Shown here: piece by piece, positions 10,581-24,276 of the stretch
Layout of the letters: every line of letters starts with the position of its first letter
Numbering within the stretch: position 1 is the stretch's first letter
Assembly (NCBI GenBank): GCA_037447605.1
Contig: CM074811.1
Span: forward strand, 3,348,001-3,412,000
Source: Zygnema circumcarinatum SAG 698-1b
Lineage: Eukaryota; Plantae; Zygnematophyceae
Direction: 5' to 3'
Length of the DNA stretch: 64,000 bases
Translations under genes and position numbers: made by a program
Notes under the pieces: model-generated
The model's database searches: none
Seen by the model: only the letters and a program-made list of their open reading frames with translations
What the model was told of the DNA's origin: nothing

Positions 10581-13525
10581 ATGATGCAGCAAGCGATGTA
10601 CCATCCGGGCCTGCTGTCGGCCATGGCTCAAGTAAGCGCCTCTCTCGCAGAGTGTCTGCTCAAACTTCACATCAGCATGCATCAGAAATCATCGCAGCAT
10701 TGCCATCAACATCATCATTTTGCTGCAATTTTTTGGTGCAATTTTGGTACTTGTAGTACTTCTGTTGGTGCGTTTTCAAGTGCTGTCAAGCGAATTCGTA
10801 CCGACCTCACATTTGAAAACCAAATTTTCCGCAAGAGCATTTGGTTAGGCGTAATGCGGGGCCCTCGGAATCGAAAGAACTTGAATGACATTTTCTAGCT
10901 TTTGTATCAACATCGTTCTTAACTGAATCTGAAATTAAGTCGTCGTTGGAAGCTAGTTTTGAATTTTGATCTCATACCACATTCTTTCTTACATTTGAAT
11001 CAAAGGAACTATATTCTGAATTCTCCAGACCTTAATTTTGACTCATCTCGTCCTTGTTCGTTATGAGCCTGAATTTGAATTTTTTAAGTCATTCTCAAAC
11101 TTACATGGGGGAGATAGAGGGAGAGAGAGAGTGTGAGAGAGAGAGAGGAGGGATGAGAGATGAGAGATGAGAGATGAGAAGGTACTCGGAAGCTCAGTAT
11201 AATCTTTGCTTTGACTATAGTGCATATCCTGATTCCACGCATGTATGACTAAAAGCTTCAACCCTAATTTCGTTTCCAATCCTAACTGGAACGGAATCGA
11301 GTTTAAAACTAAATCTAGAGCTTCTTATGACCTTGCAATCCAAATCAGAAACCGAACAACCTGAACCTGATTTTGAATCTGAATCTGTTATTGAAATTGA
11401 ACCTTAATCCCTTGTTATGTAACTTTTGCATGCAGTTGGAGCCTATTCCCAGTGGAAACCTTCCGCCAGGCTTTGATGCAAGTGCATGCCGCAGCGTGTA
11501 TGCACTCTAAGCCCCAAATCTTCTGCATAATTTGCCTACAAATTGCTAGATTTTTGCCTAAGATTCCTCTGGTTTTTACCGGCATTGCCAATGGTTTGGC
11601 ATACGAGTATACGACCTGGCTGAGAGCTATGCTCCATTATAACACATGTACAGCTGGTCAAGTAAACTCAGGGTTGTGAATCAATCTCAGAGTGCATGCC
11701 TCCATCCTCTCTCCCTCCCACACTCCCTCCCTTTTCCCTCCCTTCCCCATCCTCTTTCCATCCCACCCTCCCTCCCTCCTCCCTCTCTTCCTGCCTCCAT
11801 CCTCTCTCCTTTCCCACCCTCCCTCCCTTCTCCCTCTCTGCCTCCCATCCTCTCTTCATCCCACTCTCTCTCTCTCTCTCTATGCATGAACCCCTCGAGC
11901 GTACTGGATGCCATCCGTGCATCTCAACTGCTTAAGCATGGGGAACAACAGGTACGTTGGTAATATCCACTCCAAAGTAACAGAGCCTCTATTGGCGGAA
12001 CTTTTTTCAAGCGTTGGACCCCTGGAGGGCTGCAAGCTCATTCGGAAAGAGAAGGTAGTCAGACCTCAACGTCGAGAAAAACTTCCTGATGTGAATTGAT
12101 TTCTCTGCCTTTAGGCCCTTACAATTGTTTGATTTGTTTGCATCAGTTGTGCGATCCATGTTGCTTTACTGAAGCGTTCTTTTCTTCATTCTTTTCTTTC
12201 AGTCTTCATACGGATTTGTGGACTACTATGACCATAGATCGGCGGCAGCAGCGCTTGTTACTCTGAACGGAAGGTTATTGTAAGTGCAGAAAATGAATAG
12301 ATAGTACCTGAATTAGATTTTCTCCTTCAAACCAGTTTTGCAATTTTGTTTCTCAGACAATTCCCTTTCTTTCGTTTTCAATGCATTGACTTGAGCAATA
12401 GCATCTCTCAATCTCTTTTGCTACAGCGGATGGACCATTTCTTTGTTTGCATGATTTGTGTGGCTTACCAACAATATATATCCTTCTTTATTTGGCAGGT
12501 TTGGGCAGCCTATTAAAGTGAACTGGGCTTATGCGAGCGGGCAAAGAGAAGATACTACTGGTGAAACCTTAGGCACTAACCCTAACTCTCTCACAACTTG
12601 ATTACTGCAATGCTGAAAATTCTGCATAGCTGAAACGCATTGCCTCAAATCCACAAAAAAGCCATTTTTTTTACATTAAGATAAATATTCTAGAAGCAGG
12701 AGAACAAGCATTCATTTGGACCATCTAGAAGTAAGGCTCGTCTTTTCCTTCCTTTTTTAACCTTGCTCCTTTTCCCCTTTTCTCCCTTATTATTGCAGGT
12801 CATTACAATATTTTTGTCGGAGATTTGAGCCCTGAAGTGACTGATGCTACGCTGTTCGCTGCATTCAGTTTGTATCCAAGTTGCTCGTAAGTCAGCTCTG
12901 TCATGCGCACTCCTTTCCTATGCAATTTCTTCTTTCTCTCTCTCCCACTTCCTCTCTCTCTCGCCCCCCTCTCCCCCCTGCTCCTCCAGTCTCCCTTCCT
13001 TTCGCCCATTCATCTCCTCTACCTCTCCCTTCTCCCTCTCCTTCACTGCCCCTCCACCTCTCCTTCGCCTGCATACTGCAGCACCTTCCTATCATCCGTC
13101 TAGAATTCAACCTTCTTCTAAGTTTAATTGAAAGCAATAGTGTACAAGCAGGAATATACTTTCGAGCAATGCAGGTACTATTTCTTTCTGTTTGATTTCT
13201 GAGGTTTGTTCTTTGAGATTCGTAGCATGTTTGGGGTTTTTTTTCCCCCCATTTTTACTTTTTCCTTTGGGGCAACTGTGGGTTGAGATCTTCAGGGATG
13301 CGAGGGTTATGTGGGATCAGCGATCTGGGAGATCAAGAGGGTTTGGATTTGTTTCTTTTAGGAATCAAGCGGTACGTTTTGTATATGCTAGTTATTGTCT
13401 TTTCAGCATTAAGTCGTCTGAATGTGATGTTAGGCTACCAAACGTGTAAGGCCTAGAAACCCTGAAGTTTTGACTTCCCCCACTCTCTCTATTTCTTCCC
13501 CCCCCCCCCTCTCTCNNNNNNNNNN

Positions 13526-13562
<37 letters not shown>

Positions 13563-16248
13563 GCTGCTTCTTAGCACTTAGGTAAGCTTTGTGGAGCATG
13601 TTTGTGGAGAGAGCAGAGAGAGTATGTGATTAAATCAAGAAAGTAGGCTGTGGTTGTGTAATGATAGAAATCTGTCGTTTTTTTTTGGCAGGAAGCCGAA
13701 GTGGCGATCGCTGATATGAATGGTAAGTTTGAATCCCTATTCTCTATATGCAGACATACTGATCGGTATATCGTTATTATGTTGTTCCCTCCCCCTCCCC
13801 TCTCCTGCCCCTCTCCTCCCCACTCTTCCACTTCCTCTCTCTTTTCCCCCTCTCCGCCACTCCCTCCCCCTCTCCTCCCCCGCTCTCCCTCTCCTCCCTC
13901 TCCCTCCCACTCTCCCTCTCCCTCTCTCCCCCCCTCTCTCCTTCTCCTCCCCCTCTCCCACTCCTCCCCCTCCCTCCCACTCTCCCACTCCCTCTCCCCC
14001 CTCCTCTCCTTCTCCTCCCCCTCTCCCTCTCCTCCCCCTCCCTCCCTCTCTCCCTGTCCCTCTCCCTCTCCCCCCCTCTCTCCNNNNNNNNNNCCTCCCT
14101 CTCTCCCTCTCCCTCTCCTCTCCCCCTCTCCTTCTCCTCTCCCTCTCCCTCTCCTCCCCCTCCCTCCCTCTCTCCCTCTCCCTCTGGCTGCCTTCGTTCG
14201 GCAGTTCGGTGAAACATCTCTCCTTCTCCTCCCCCTCTCCCTCTCCTCCTCCTCCCCCTCCCTCCCTCCTCCTCCCCCTCACTCTCTGCTGCCTCGCCTC
14301 GCGCTGTGCAGGCAGGTGGCTGGGCAGCCGGCCCATCCGCTGCAACTGGGCCACAAAGAACTCGGCGGGGCCGCCCACCGACGAGCCCGGGAAGGCGCTC
14401 GCTATGCCCTCCCCCGGCGGCCCTCCGACCGGCCCCGACCCCTCCTTGGAAGGGCCGGAAAGTGCGCTTCATCACTATGGAACATCATCACATGACTTCC
14501 GCATATTGTCATCAGTATAGAACATTAACTTGTAGCATCACCTCATAATGTCATCATCTGGCACCAGTGCGTAATGTCACTAGCAACGTTACTGCATTAT
14601 GGTCGTTGTACAGCATACTTGTGTAAGATAACCTCATAACATCATCACATAACATCACTGGACGTTGTCGCTATACAACATCTCTACATAACATGACTAC
14701 ATAATAACATCATCGTACAACATCGCTGTATACCATCTCTGCACTGTATCATGTAGGCGAAACTACATTTTTTGCATCTTCTTGATAAGGGCTTCTCGGA
14801 CTGCTTGTTATTTCTCTCTCATATGGCAGTCCCAGGACGACTGGTTTCTAGAGTTTGGAGTTTTCCAATTTAGCAGAGGATTGAACCTTTTTTTCATTTG
14901 AGGAGCCCATTATTTTTGTGTAGAACGAGGCCGATTTACACCATTCAAGTTTGTGAAACCACTTGCAGGTCAAAAAGATCATCAGCATCAATTGCAGCTT
15001 CAGCCTTCCTCTCCCGGAGATACACTTCAGGGAACCTTGCAATACACAACTGTCTATGTCGGAAATTTAGCCCATGAGGTGAGTTATTTTCCTCTACTTG
15101 CTCATGGTCTTAAGTATTTACGAAGGTTCCAATCCATACTCTGACACACTTGCCGAGTGGAGAGGGAGAGGGAGACTGCGGAGGACGAAAGATGAAGAGA
15201 CTGAAAGAAGGGAAGATGGAAATAGAAGACAGGAGAAGTAAATAGGGGAGATGAAGATAGAGCTGGAGGAGACAGAGAGGAGCACGGAGAGAGAGAGAGA
15301 GAGGCAGAGGACAGCGCGGGTCATGTTCGTTATAGCATGGTTTTGAAATCATGGCTATCTTCTTTGTGCATCTGATTTTCAGGTAACCCAAGCGGAGCTT
15401 CACCGCCATTTCTATGCATTAGGGATAGGAACCATAGAGGAGGTCCGTGTCCAAAAAGACAAAGGCTTCGGATTCGTGAGATATCGAGGACATGAGGAAG
15501 CGGCTTTAGCCATCCAAGCAGCAAATGGACGAGTTATATGTGGGAAATCTGTCAAGGTGAGTGTAGCTCTAACTAGTGTGTGTAGAATTGGGGGAGAGAG
15601 GTTGGGCATCAACGAGTATGTGTGTCCTGAGAGGGACAGGGAGAGCGAAATCGAAGTCGGGGAGGATGCGGGAGAGGCCAAAAGGGGAAGGTAGAAGGAA
15701 AGGGAGCGGGAACGGGAGTGGGAGTAAGTGCTGGCGAAGGAGAGAAGGGCGAAATGAATGACCTAATTTGTATACTTAACTCATCGGAAGTGGGAGCAAG
15801 AGTAGCTAGCAGTGGGAGCATGAGAGGGAAAAAGAGAGGGAGTGATGGAGGGAGGGAGAGAGTAACTCAATCCCTCCTTAATTCAAAGTTTGATTCCCTT
15901 CTTGTGTTGTGTCTTTTGGCCCTCCTGCAGTGCTCTTGGGGGAGTAAGCCCACGCTGTCCAGCTCCAACTCTCAAGGTCTCCCTCCCCCCCTCCTTCACC
16001 CCACATTCCCCTCTCCTCTCCCCGGATACTCTAGCCCTGATGCTTTGTCATATCAACGGCAAATTCCAGGTCTAAGCAGGGCTCTACTTCCACTACCCCA
16101 ACAGAGTGCATTAGCTATGGAAGCCAATGGGGTAGTGGCTCTCCCTCAAGGTATTATGGGGACTAGCCGTACAGCCTATGAAGCCTATCAGCAGAGTCCG
16201 GGGGTTGTGAATGGACCCAGAATACTACCACATCAGATGTATTACTGA
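10581..16248 (+). CDS. UBP1: Oligouridylate-binding protein 1-like (UBP1/TIA-1 family, 3 RRMs); exons 10581-10631, 11436-11497, 11952-12054, 12203-12279, 12499-12560, 12799-12886, 13296-13371, 13692-13722, 14312-14461, 14969-15078, 15383-15556, 15931-16248
   Basis: [122 protein letters not shown]. All junctions are GT-AG with matching phases. Confidence 0.95.
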
Positions 16249-18149
16249 GCCTATTCTGGAATACTGGAATTTCCCTTGAATACATGATCACTCAGTCGGA
16301 AAATTGACCAAATTTCCGATTCTTTACGTGGCGTTGCTGTAGGTAGGATAACTGGGTGGTAGCGCCGTACCTCACGACCTCGAGGCAGGGTCTCAATAAA
16401 GGAGTTTATGTGAGAGAGGGAGAGAGAGAGAGAGAGAGAGATGGCACGGTGGTAGTTGTAGGAAGTGTCATAGTGAGGGCTAATGGAGTGCTTTTGGGAC
16501 TTAGACGCGGGCTCAAAATTCTTAGAGCTTTACTATGTTGCACTTGACGGCTATATGAGGATTGGCGTACATACTGGCAGAAGTATGCATCTCGACTTAG
16601 GAGAGAGGGGTAAATGTGAGAGTCTCTTACTATTCTACAGCGACTATTTGAGCAGGTCCACAGAGAGAGCGAGAGAGGGCGAAAGAGAGCGAGAGAGAAA
16701 AAGGAGGAGAGGAGAGAAGAGGATAGGGAAAGAGGAGGAAAGGATGAGAGATGGAGAGATGGAGAGAAGGAGAGAAGGAGAGGAGGGGCAGGCAGAGGGG
16801 TAGTGGAAGAGGGAAGAGGGATTTGCGCGGGAAGTCTTAAGGGTGAGAGTGGTGTGCGAAAGGCGTCTCTCACGCCTGTCATCAAGTGCCTTGCTTGCGG
16901 GTTTGGGAGCTGACAAATGACATTTGAAGAGCGTTGAATGTGTTTAAAAAGGAAATGCCAAAAAGGAACTTTGGTTGAGGGATTAAAAAGATGACCAATT
17001 GGGATTTTTCCGTTGCCCATCAGAATGTTTACATTCCTTTCTAAATTGGTCCAGCCATTTCAGGGTTATGTTTTCAATGGCTGGAGCCGAATCCGGGAAG
17101 TACATATTTTTTGATGTGGAACTATTTCCATGAAGATGACACAGTTCTTTTTCTATTGCCGCAAGATTTCGTCTTGTCAAATTTGCCGAAATTTGAAGCG
17201 TCATTGAATTTTATTTTAATTTACTTGATTTGACTGGACTGAATTAAACTGAATTTTTAAATTGAATCCGGCACTCTGCATCATCTCATCTGCTTGCTTG
17301 AATTGCGCACGAAACACTTCTGGTATCTGCTGTAGTCCCCTCCGTTGCATGCTAAGGATTGGGAGCGAAGGCTTTCAACCAGAAACAAATGGATACAAGC
17401 GGAGGTGGTTGCGGGCCTCTTTCCCTTCCCAGATCAGCTTTCACTGCAGAAGAGGGATGTCAGGCATTGCACTCTCAAAGCATAGAATCGTTTTATTTTT
17501 TTCACGGAGAAGTCAGAAATCGAGGAAAGTGGTTCATTTGTCTTCGGGCACCGAAGCTGAGGGTTGGCGCGAGGATAACTTTCTATGCATTTCAACTTCA
17601 TTTTTGTTTTCCTTTCTGCTTCTTTCTTCTATTCTGCTTCCTTCTATTCACTATCCACGAGGTAGATTACATTCTCTCTATCTCTCTCTCGCTCTCTCTC
17701 TCTCTCTTTCTCCATGCCCATCCATTGAAAGAGATGCGCCATTGGTCTCACAATGGCCATGCCATCAAATGTGTACATGGAAAAAATCATCAAAATCATC
17801 CATTGACATTCTCACAATAGACTACAATACACCCACAACGGTATTTGAATCAAATTTGACTGAACGTGACTGGAATGTACAACTACTCATCTGCGCACTC
17901 CCGTGGATCGCCTCACACTGCTCGTTATGAAACGCTGAACGAAACATCATTCTATGCAAAAAGGCAGATGTCTCCTACGCTTCAACTTTCTTAGTCTCAA
18001 AGGCCTCGTGCCAAAAACATCATATCTCAAAAGCACTAAAAAACTAGAAAACACTCCTTCAGTGTCAAAATGGAAAAAAGCACACATGCACTAATCCTTC
18101 TCAGCCTCTGCGGACTCAGTCTGTGAGCTATACAAAAAGGCCTCTTGGC

Positions 18150-19284
18150 TCACGAGCTGGACTCCTTCTCCTCAACCAAATACTGAGCAGGAGCTTTCGG
18201 GGCTCCGTCGTCTACTGATGTCACCACTGATGTCGTAAACACCCTACGAAAGATTGGTCTGGCAGCACTCCACGCCGCCCATGTACAAAGGAGACAGGCT
18301 GCAGGGAAAGACGCAGAATCAATGAATCAATGTATCCCAATCACAATATAAGAGTGGTAAGAAGCATGAAACATCTTGTCAAACACAACGTGTCAGTGGT
18401 GAAAAATCCTGAGCGCATGGAAAAACTCAAAATTCTCGTGAAACTGGAACCTTCATCTACTTATTTAAAGCCATAAGCAAGGCCTTTGAAAACATATTCA
18501 GCTCACCAAAGGAAGCTGCCTCGGATCTGCTTTTGCTCCCCTTTCACATTGTAATGAAATCCTAGACTTTCTTTGAACCCTCACTGGAGGGACTCTGCTT
18601 GGTTGTGTCAGATCAACTGAACAGGGTGAACTCGTACCTGAAAAGACAAATATGACGCCGATTACACAAAATGTGATGAAAGCTATGATGGCGGCAGCCG
18701 TTGCGATTGCTCCCACAGAAATTGCGGCGATCGCCGCCAAAACAGCGAGAAGAGCACTAATTCCCCAAAGTGTCAAAAGGAATGCCACAAAAACTGCATT
18801 GATGACTGTGGCAATGAGGACTACCAGGAACGTTGCGACGCCCAATACAGGGCTTACAATCACAGCAGCTGCCTGCAGAAAAGAAAAATCAGTGAGAAAA
18901 AAATACTGTCTGAAACAGAAGGTAAACGTAGTTACTGAATGTCGTATTGCTGGCACCATAGTGCATGTACGTATGGATGACGTTGCCCACATTCAAACAG
19001 AATTTCAGTCCTTTCTTGCATCATGCTGTCCTTTCTGCACTCACTGAGCCCGCGACAATGGCGCGCCACGGTGCGCCCTCTCTGCTCCAAGACCAAACAT
19101 CCGCCGGAGCTCTCCAAACCGCGGATGCAAATCTCGATTTTTTATCTGCAGCAGCTGCGCATGAATGGCCGACAAAGCTCCGCATGTCGCCATGGCGCCG
19201 CCATGCATCGCACACATCGTTTGAAACACTCTTCACAACATCTGCCAAGGATTCCTCCCTCTTCTTTAGCTCCTGCTCTGCCAT
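18150..19284 (-). CDS. LDAP-interacting protein (LDIP)/promethin-like lipid-droplet protein, copy 1 (~207 aa); exons 19284-19045, 18872-18638, 18298-18150
   Basis: ADVWSWSREGAPWRAIV resembles LDIP ILLWTRRGSSLRALL. A ~78-aa uninterrupted hydrophobic exon contains ATVINAVFVAFLLTL, resembling LDIP AATANAIIISLLISL. Exon lengths 240/235/149 join in frame. The family assignment is from recalled similarity to At5g16550. Confidence 0.75.
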
Positions 19285-19739
19285 ATCATGTATTTGCAAG
19301 TTTAGATACAAAAACTGCTGCAAATATTTGCAATAAAAACTTGCAAGAAATCAGGTCTCATGTGAGTGCAGATAAGACCAAGACTTTTCTCAGAACAGCA
19401 ATAGATTATAGGTTCTCCTTGTTTGAATAGCAGCAATATTGAGGCTAAAGCAAGAAATAAGGAGAGAGAGAGACAGAGACAGCAAGGGAGAGAGAGAGTG
19501 AGTGTGACAAGTTCATTCCGTCGAACCTTCTACCAGCGTGAGGGACCGGGAGCAGGGCTGGCCAATGGCGCAACGCCACGTGGCCAATCTGCTGGCCCAA
19601 TGCAAGTGGTAACAAGTCAGCGGCCGGTCACGGTCTCTAGCGTTTTCCAACGTGCGATCGTGACGCGTCACTCCACATAGTGACCGGCGGTCGTGGCCCC
19701 GTACGGCTGCGTGGTACAGTACATCTGCACGGATGATTA

Positions 19740-20750
19740 CAGTAGGACCCCGTCACATTTTCCACCTTCAAAAGTGCGTCCCCAAGAAATTCGCCCCGAT
19801 TTTGCCGAAACCACCTTTTTGTACGGTAACTTCGTGTTAGCCGTACTATTCGTACTATCCGTACCCTAAAAACCCAAAACCCTTAAAACCCTAAAACCCG
19901 TACTATTCGTACTAAACGTACTAGCCGTACTAGCTGTACTAGCCGTTACGGGCTTACGCAAAACTCACCTATGTAGCACAAGATAAGTGGGGTTAAGGGG
20001 AGACTGCTGAGCTAGTTGCAGGTGCTGTACGGCCACTCGCGCGTCCGTGCTGAAACTGATGAAGGGTTGTGTTGGTGCTGTGGGTCTGCCTGCAGCATAG
20101 AGCCAGGATCCGGGGGATTCAGAGGTACGCGCAGCGGAAGACGTAGGGATCCTGAAGATGTTCCCACCGGCGGCTGGACTCGATGCGCANNNNNNNNNNT
20201 GACAATCGGCGGCATTATGCGGCGCTTCCGAGTGCGCCTTGCTGGATGGTGTGCTGTTCCGTGGGCCGCCAACACATGGCGCCGCCTTCTCGCATTCTCC
20301 GTCGGCAGCTCCTGGATTATGCCGGTCCGTGACGCTGAAGAGGCATATGTCAAGTACAACTGAACTGACGCGGATCCGTCGAGCGCAGCTCCACTACGCT
20401 ACACCTAATCTCCCCGCTCGTGCCGCCGTAAGAGGCGCTCGCTATTCTCCCCGTTCTTCTTGGCTTCGATACGATACAATACGATACGATACTCTCAGAT
20501 ACGGTATTATCCGTACTAGCCGTACGAACTGTAGTACTGTACTGTAGCCGCCACGGGCTCAAAATTTAACGATACGATACGATGCGGTACGATATGATAG
20601 ACAACGATACGATACGATACGTACGGACATACATGAACTCTAACAGAATTCCGCTCGCCTATTGGTAACACGGACCTTATATTTGCCAAATACAATATTT
20701 TCGCCCGATATTTGCCAAATGTAGGTGGAAAATATGACGGGGTCCTACTG
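19740..20750. mobile_element. Tc1/mariner (pogo-like) non-autonomous element, ~1.0 kb
   Basis: TIR CAGTAGGACCCCGTCACATTTTCCACC / GGTGGAAAATATGACGGGGTCCTACTG with 1 mismatch, flanked by TA on both sides. It is absent from duplication copy 2 and contains a 10-N gap. Confidence 0.78.
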
Positions 20751-21262
20751 TAGTGTACAGTACGGCATAACCGTACGGAGATATCCAGGATGCCGGCGGC
20801 ACCGTGGTGGCGGTCGCCAGGGTGCGCGGAGCACCGTGGTGGCTGTAGCGTTCGCCACAGAGAGAAAAGAGCAAGAGCAAATCTTGGAGCTGGGGAACAA
20901 GCTCCACGTGGCAGCATCCCGGAGACTTGGTGCCACGTCTGCACGAGGTTCTGTGTACCCAAAATTTGCCAGTTTAACGCCGCGTAATTCCGTGCTCACA
21001 GCAACTGGACTGCCGCCCAGTTGCAACTCCTCAGAATTTTACCGTTAAAACGGAGGGCCATCCGAAACCACGACGACTCCTTAATCATTAGCCACTTTAG
21101 TCACTGGTCCAGCTACTTTGCAATATCTTGCTCCTTACACAGGTGCAGCTCTTGCTGAATACTTTTGGCTAAAAAGGACAACACACGTTAGTACTGTAGT
21201 ACATACCGAAGGGTACCGAAAGGTACCCTAAAAACCCTTCCGGGAGAGGGACGAGGGATTTG

Positions 21263-23883
21263 GTGCCTTGCTTGCGGGTGTGGGAGCTGACAAATGACAT
21301 TTGAAGAGCGTTGAATGTGTTTAAGAAGGAAATTGGTTGAGGGATTAAAAAGATGACCAATTGGGATTTTTCCGTTGCCCATCAGAATGTTTACATTCCT
21401 TTCTAAATTGGTCCAGCCATTTCAGGGTTATGTTTTCAATGGTTGGAGCCGAATCCGGGCAGTACAATTTTTTTGATGTGGAACTATTTCCATGAAGATG
21501 ACACAGTTCTTTTTCTATTGCCGCACGATTTCGTCTTGTCAAATTTGCCGAATTTTTAGAAAATCGTTATTGAACTTGATTTGAATTTACTTTATTAGAC
21601 TTGACTGAACTAAAATTGAATCTTTAAAATGAATCCGGCACTCTGCATCATCTCATCTGTTTGCTTGAATTGCTCACGAAACTTTTCTGTTATCTGCTGT
21701 AGTCCCCTCCGTTGCATGCTAAGGATTGGGAGCGAAGGCTTTCAACCAGAAACAAATGGATACAAGCGGAGGTGTTTGCCCGTCTCTTTCCCTTCTCAGA
21801 TCAGCTTTCACTGCAGAAGAGGGATCTCAGACTTGGCACTCTCAAAGCATAGAATCAATTTGTTTTTTTCACGGAGGAGTCAGAAGTCGAGGAAAGTGGT
21901 TTATTTGTCTTCGGGCACCGAAGCTGAGGGTTGGCGAGAGGATTACTTTCTATGCATTTCAACTTCTCTCCTTTCTTCTGCTTCTTTCTTCTATTCTTCT
22001 TCCTTCTATTCACTATACCATACTATACTATACATTGCCATACATTCTCTCTCTCTCTCTCTCTCGCTCTCTCTCTTTCTTTCTCTCATGCCCATCCATT
22101 GAAAGAGACGTGGCATTGATCTCACGATGGCGATGCCATCAAATGTGTACATGGACAAAATCATCAAAATCATCCATTGACATTCTCACAATAGACTACA
22201 AGACACCCACAACGGTACGTGTATCAAATTCGACTGATTGTGACTGGAATGTACAACTACTACTCATCTGCGCACTCGCGTGGATCGCCTCACACTGCTC
22301 GTTATGAAACGCTGACCGAAACATCATTCTATGCAAAAAGGCAGATGCCTCTTACTCTACAACTTTCTTAGTCTCAAAGGCCTCGTGCCAAAAACATCAT
22401 ATCTCAAAAGCACTAAAAAACTACAAAGCACTCCCTCAGTGTCAAAATGGAAAAAAGCACACATGCATTAATCCTTCTCAGCCTCTGCGGACTCAGTCTG
22501 TGAGCTATACAAAAAGGCCTCTTGGCTCACGAGCTGGACTCCTTCTCCTCAACCAAATACTGAGCAGGAGCTTTCGGGGCTCCGTCTTCTCCAAACTTAA
22601 CTTCCTTGCCCACCACTGATGTCGTAAACACCCTACGAAAAATTGATCTGGCAGCACTCCACGCTGCCCATGTACAGAGGAGACAGGCTGCAGGGAAAGA
22701 CGCAGAATGAATGAATCAATGAATCCCAATCACAATATAAGAGTGGTAAGCATAAAACATCTTGCCAAACACAACGTGTCAGTGGTGAAACATCCTAAGC
22801 GCATGGAAAAACTCAAAATTCTCGTGAAACTGGAACCTTCATCTACTTATTTAAAGCCATAAGCGAGGCCTTTGAAAACATATTCAGCTCACCAAAGAAA
22901 GCTGCCTCGAATCTGCTTTTGCTCCCCTTTCACATTGTAATGAAATCCTAGACTTTCTTTGAACCCTCACTGGAGGGACTCTGCTTGGTTGTGTCAGATC
23001 AACTGAACAGGGTGAACTCGTACCTGAAAAGATAAATATGAAGCTGATTACACAAAATGTGATGAAAGATATGATGGCGGCAGCCGTTGCAATTGCTCCC
23101 ACACAAAGTGCGGCGATCGCCGCCAAGAAAACAGCGAGAAGAGCACTAATTCCCCAAAGTGTCAAAAGGAATGCCACAAAAACTGCATTGATGACTGTGG
23201 CAGTGAGGACTACCAGGAACGTTGCGACGCCCAATGCAGCGCTTACAATCACAGCAGCTACCTACAGAAAAGAAAAACCAGAGAGAAAAAAATACTGTCA
23301 GAAACAGAAGGTAAACAGAATGCGTAGTTACTGAATGTCGTATTGCTGGCACCATAGTGCATGTACGTATGGATGAAGTTGCCCACATTCAACCAGAATT
23401 TCAGTCCTTCCTTGCATCATGCTGTTCTTTCAGCACTCACTGAGCCCGCGACAATGGCGCGCCACGCCGCGCCCTCTCTGCTCCAAGACCAAACATCCGC
23501 CGGAGCTCTCCAAACCGCGGATGCAAATCTCGAATTTTTATCTGCAGCAGCTGCGCATGCATGGCCGATAAAGCTCCGCATGTCGCCATGGCGCCGCCAT
23601 GCATCGCACACATCGTTTGAAACACTCTTCACAACATCCGCCAAAGATTCCTCCCTCTTCTCCTGCTCATGCTCTCCCATATCAGCCTTTTCACCCATAG
23701 CCTTTTGATATCCTGCTTTAATGTCTTTTCAAGTTTAGCTACAGAAACTGCTGCAAATATTTGCAAGCAAAACTTGCAAGAAATCAGGTATAATGTGAGT
23801 GCAGATAAGACCAAGACTGTGCTCAGAACAGCAATAGGTTATAGGTTCTCCTTGTTTCAATGGCAGCAATATTGAGGCTAAAG

Positions 23884-23941
<58 letters not shown>

Positions 23942-24192
23942 AGGGAGAGAGAGACCAATTCTTGGAGCTCAAGGGAAGAGGCACGTGGCAGCATGACGGA
24001 GTCTTGGTGCCACGTCTGCACAGGGTTCCGTGTACCCGTCAACTGCCAGTTTAACGAAACGTAGTTCAGGGAACTGGCCTGCCGCTCAGTTTCATTTTTC
24101 CCTTCCAGTTATTTTCACAGTTTCGCATAGAACGACTTCATACGAAGGGCCATCCGAAACCACGAGGTCGCAGTCATAAGCCACTTTAGTCG
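21263..24192. repeat. Tandem segmental duplication, copy 2
   Basis: Colinear with copy 1, with scattered substitutions and small indels. Confidence 0.92.
22527..23698 (-). CDS. LDIP/promethin-like protein, copy 2 (~212-218 aa; start at 23698 or 23680); exons 23698-23441, 23261-23024, 22687-22527
   Basis: Same exon structure as copy 1. The indels relative to copy 1 in exons 2 and 3 (+3, +12 nt) keep the frame. Confidence 0.75.
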
Positions 24193-24276
24193 TTAGTCGC
24201 CTGGCTTGGCCCGACCTGTAGCCACGTGGCGGCGCGCGATTGGAAAAGCTCCTCCTTGTTTTATTATTTTTTATTT

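Larger units (their letters stand above)
16886..21105. repeat. Tandem segmental duplication, copy 1 (includes a ~1.4-kb promoter insertion)
   Basis: Colinear with 21263-24192 from GTGCCTTGCTTGCGGG through the LDIP-like gene to GGGCCATCCGAAACCACGA...GCCACTTTAGTC. Confidence 0.92.

Noticed and set aside
16886-17950. Second gene within the duplicated unit (ORFs 17262-17930 +, 16983-17204 -, and counterparts at 21345-22307)
   Set aside because: Comparing the two copies by eye, substitutions are mostly non-synonymous in the candidate frames, one frame gains a stop, and the + ORF is split by a frameshift in copy 2. No family is recognised. Treated as co-duplicated non-coding DNA, though a decayed gene is not excluded.
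20012-20363. Transposase remnant inside the Tc1/mariner-like element (GCVGAVG; IGGIMRRFR)
   Set aside because: Resemblance to DDE motifs is too short, lies in different frames and is split by a gap. It would need a profile-HMM search.
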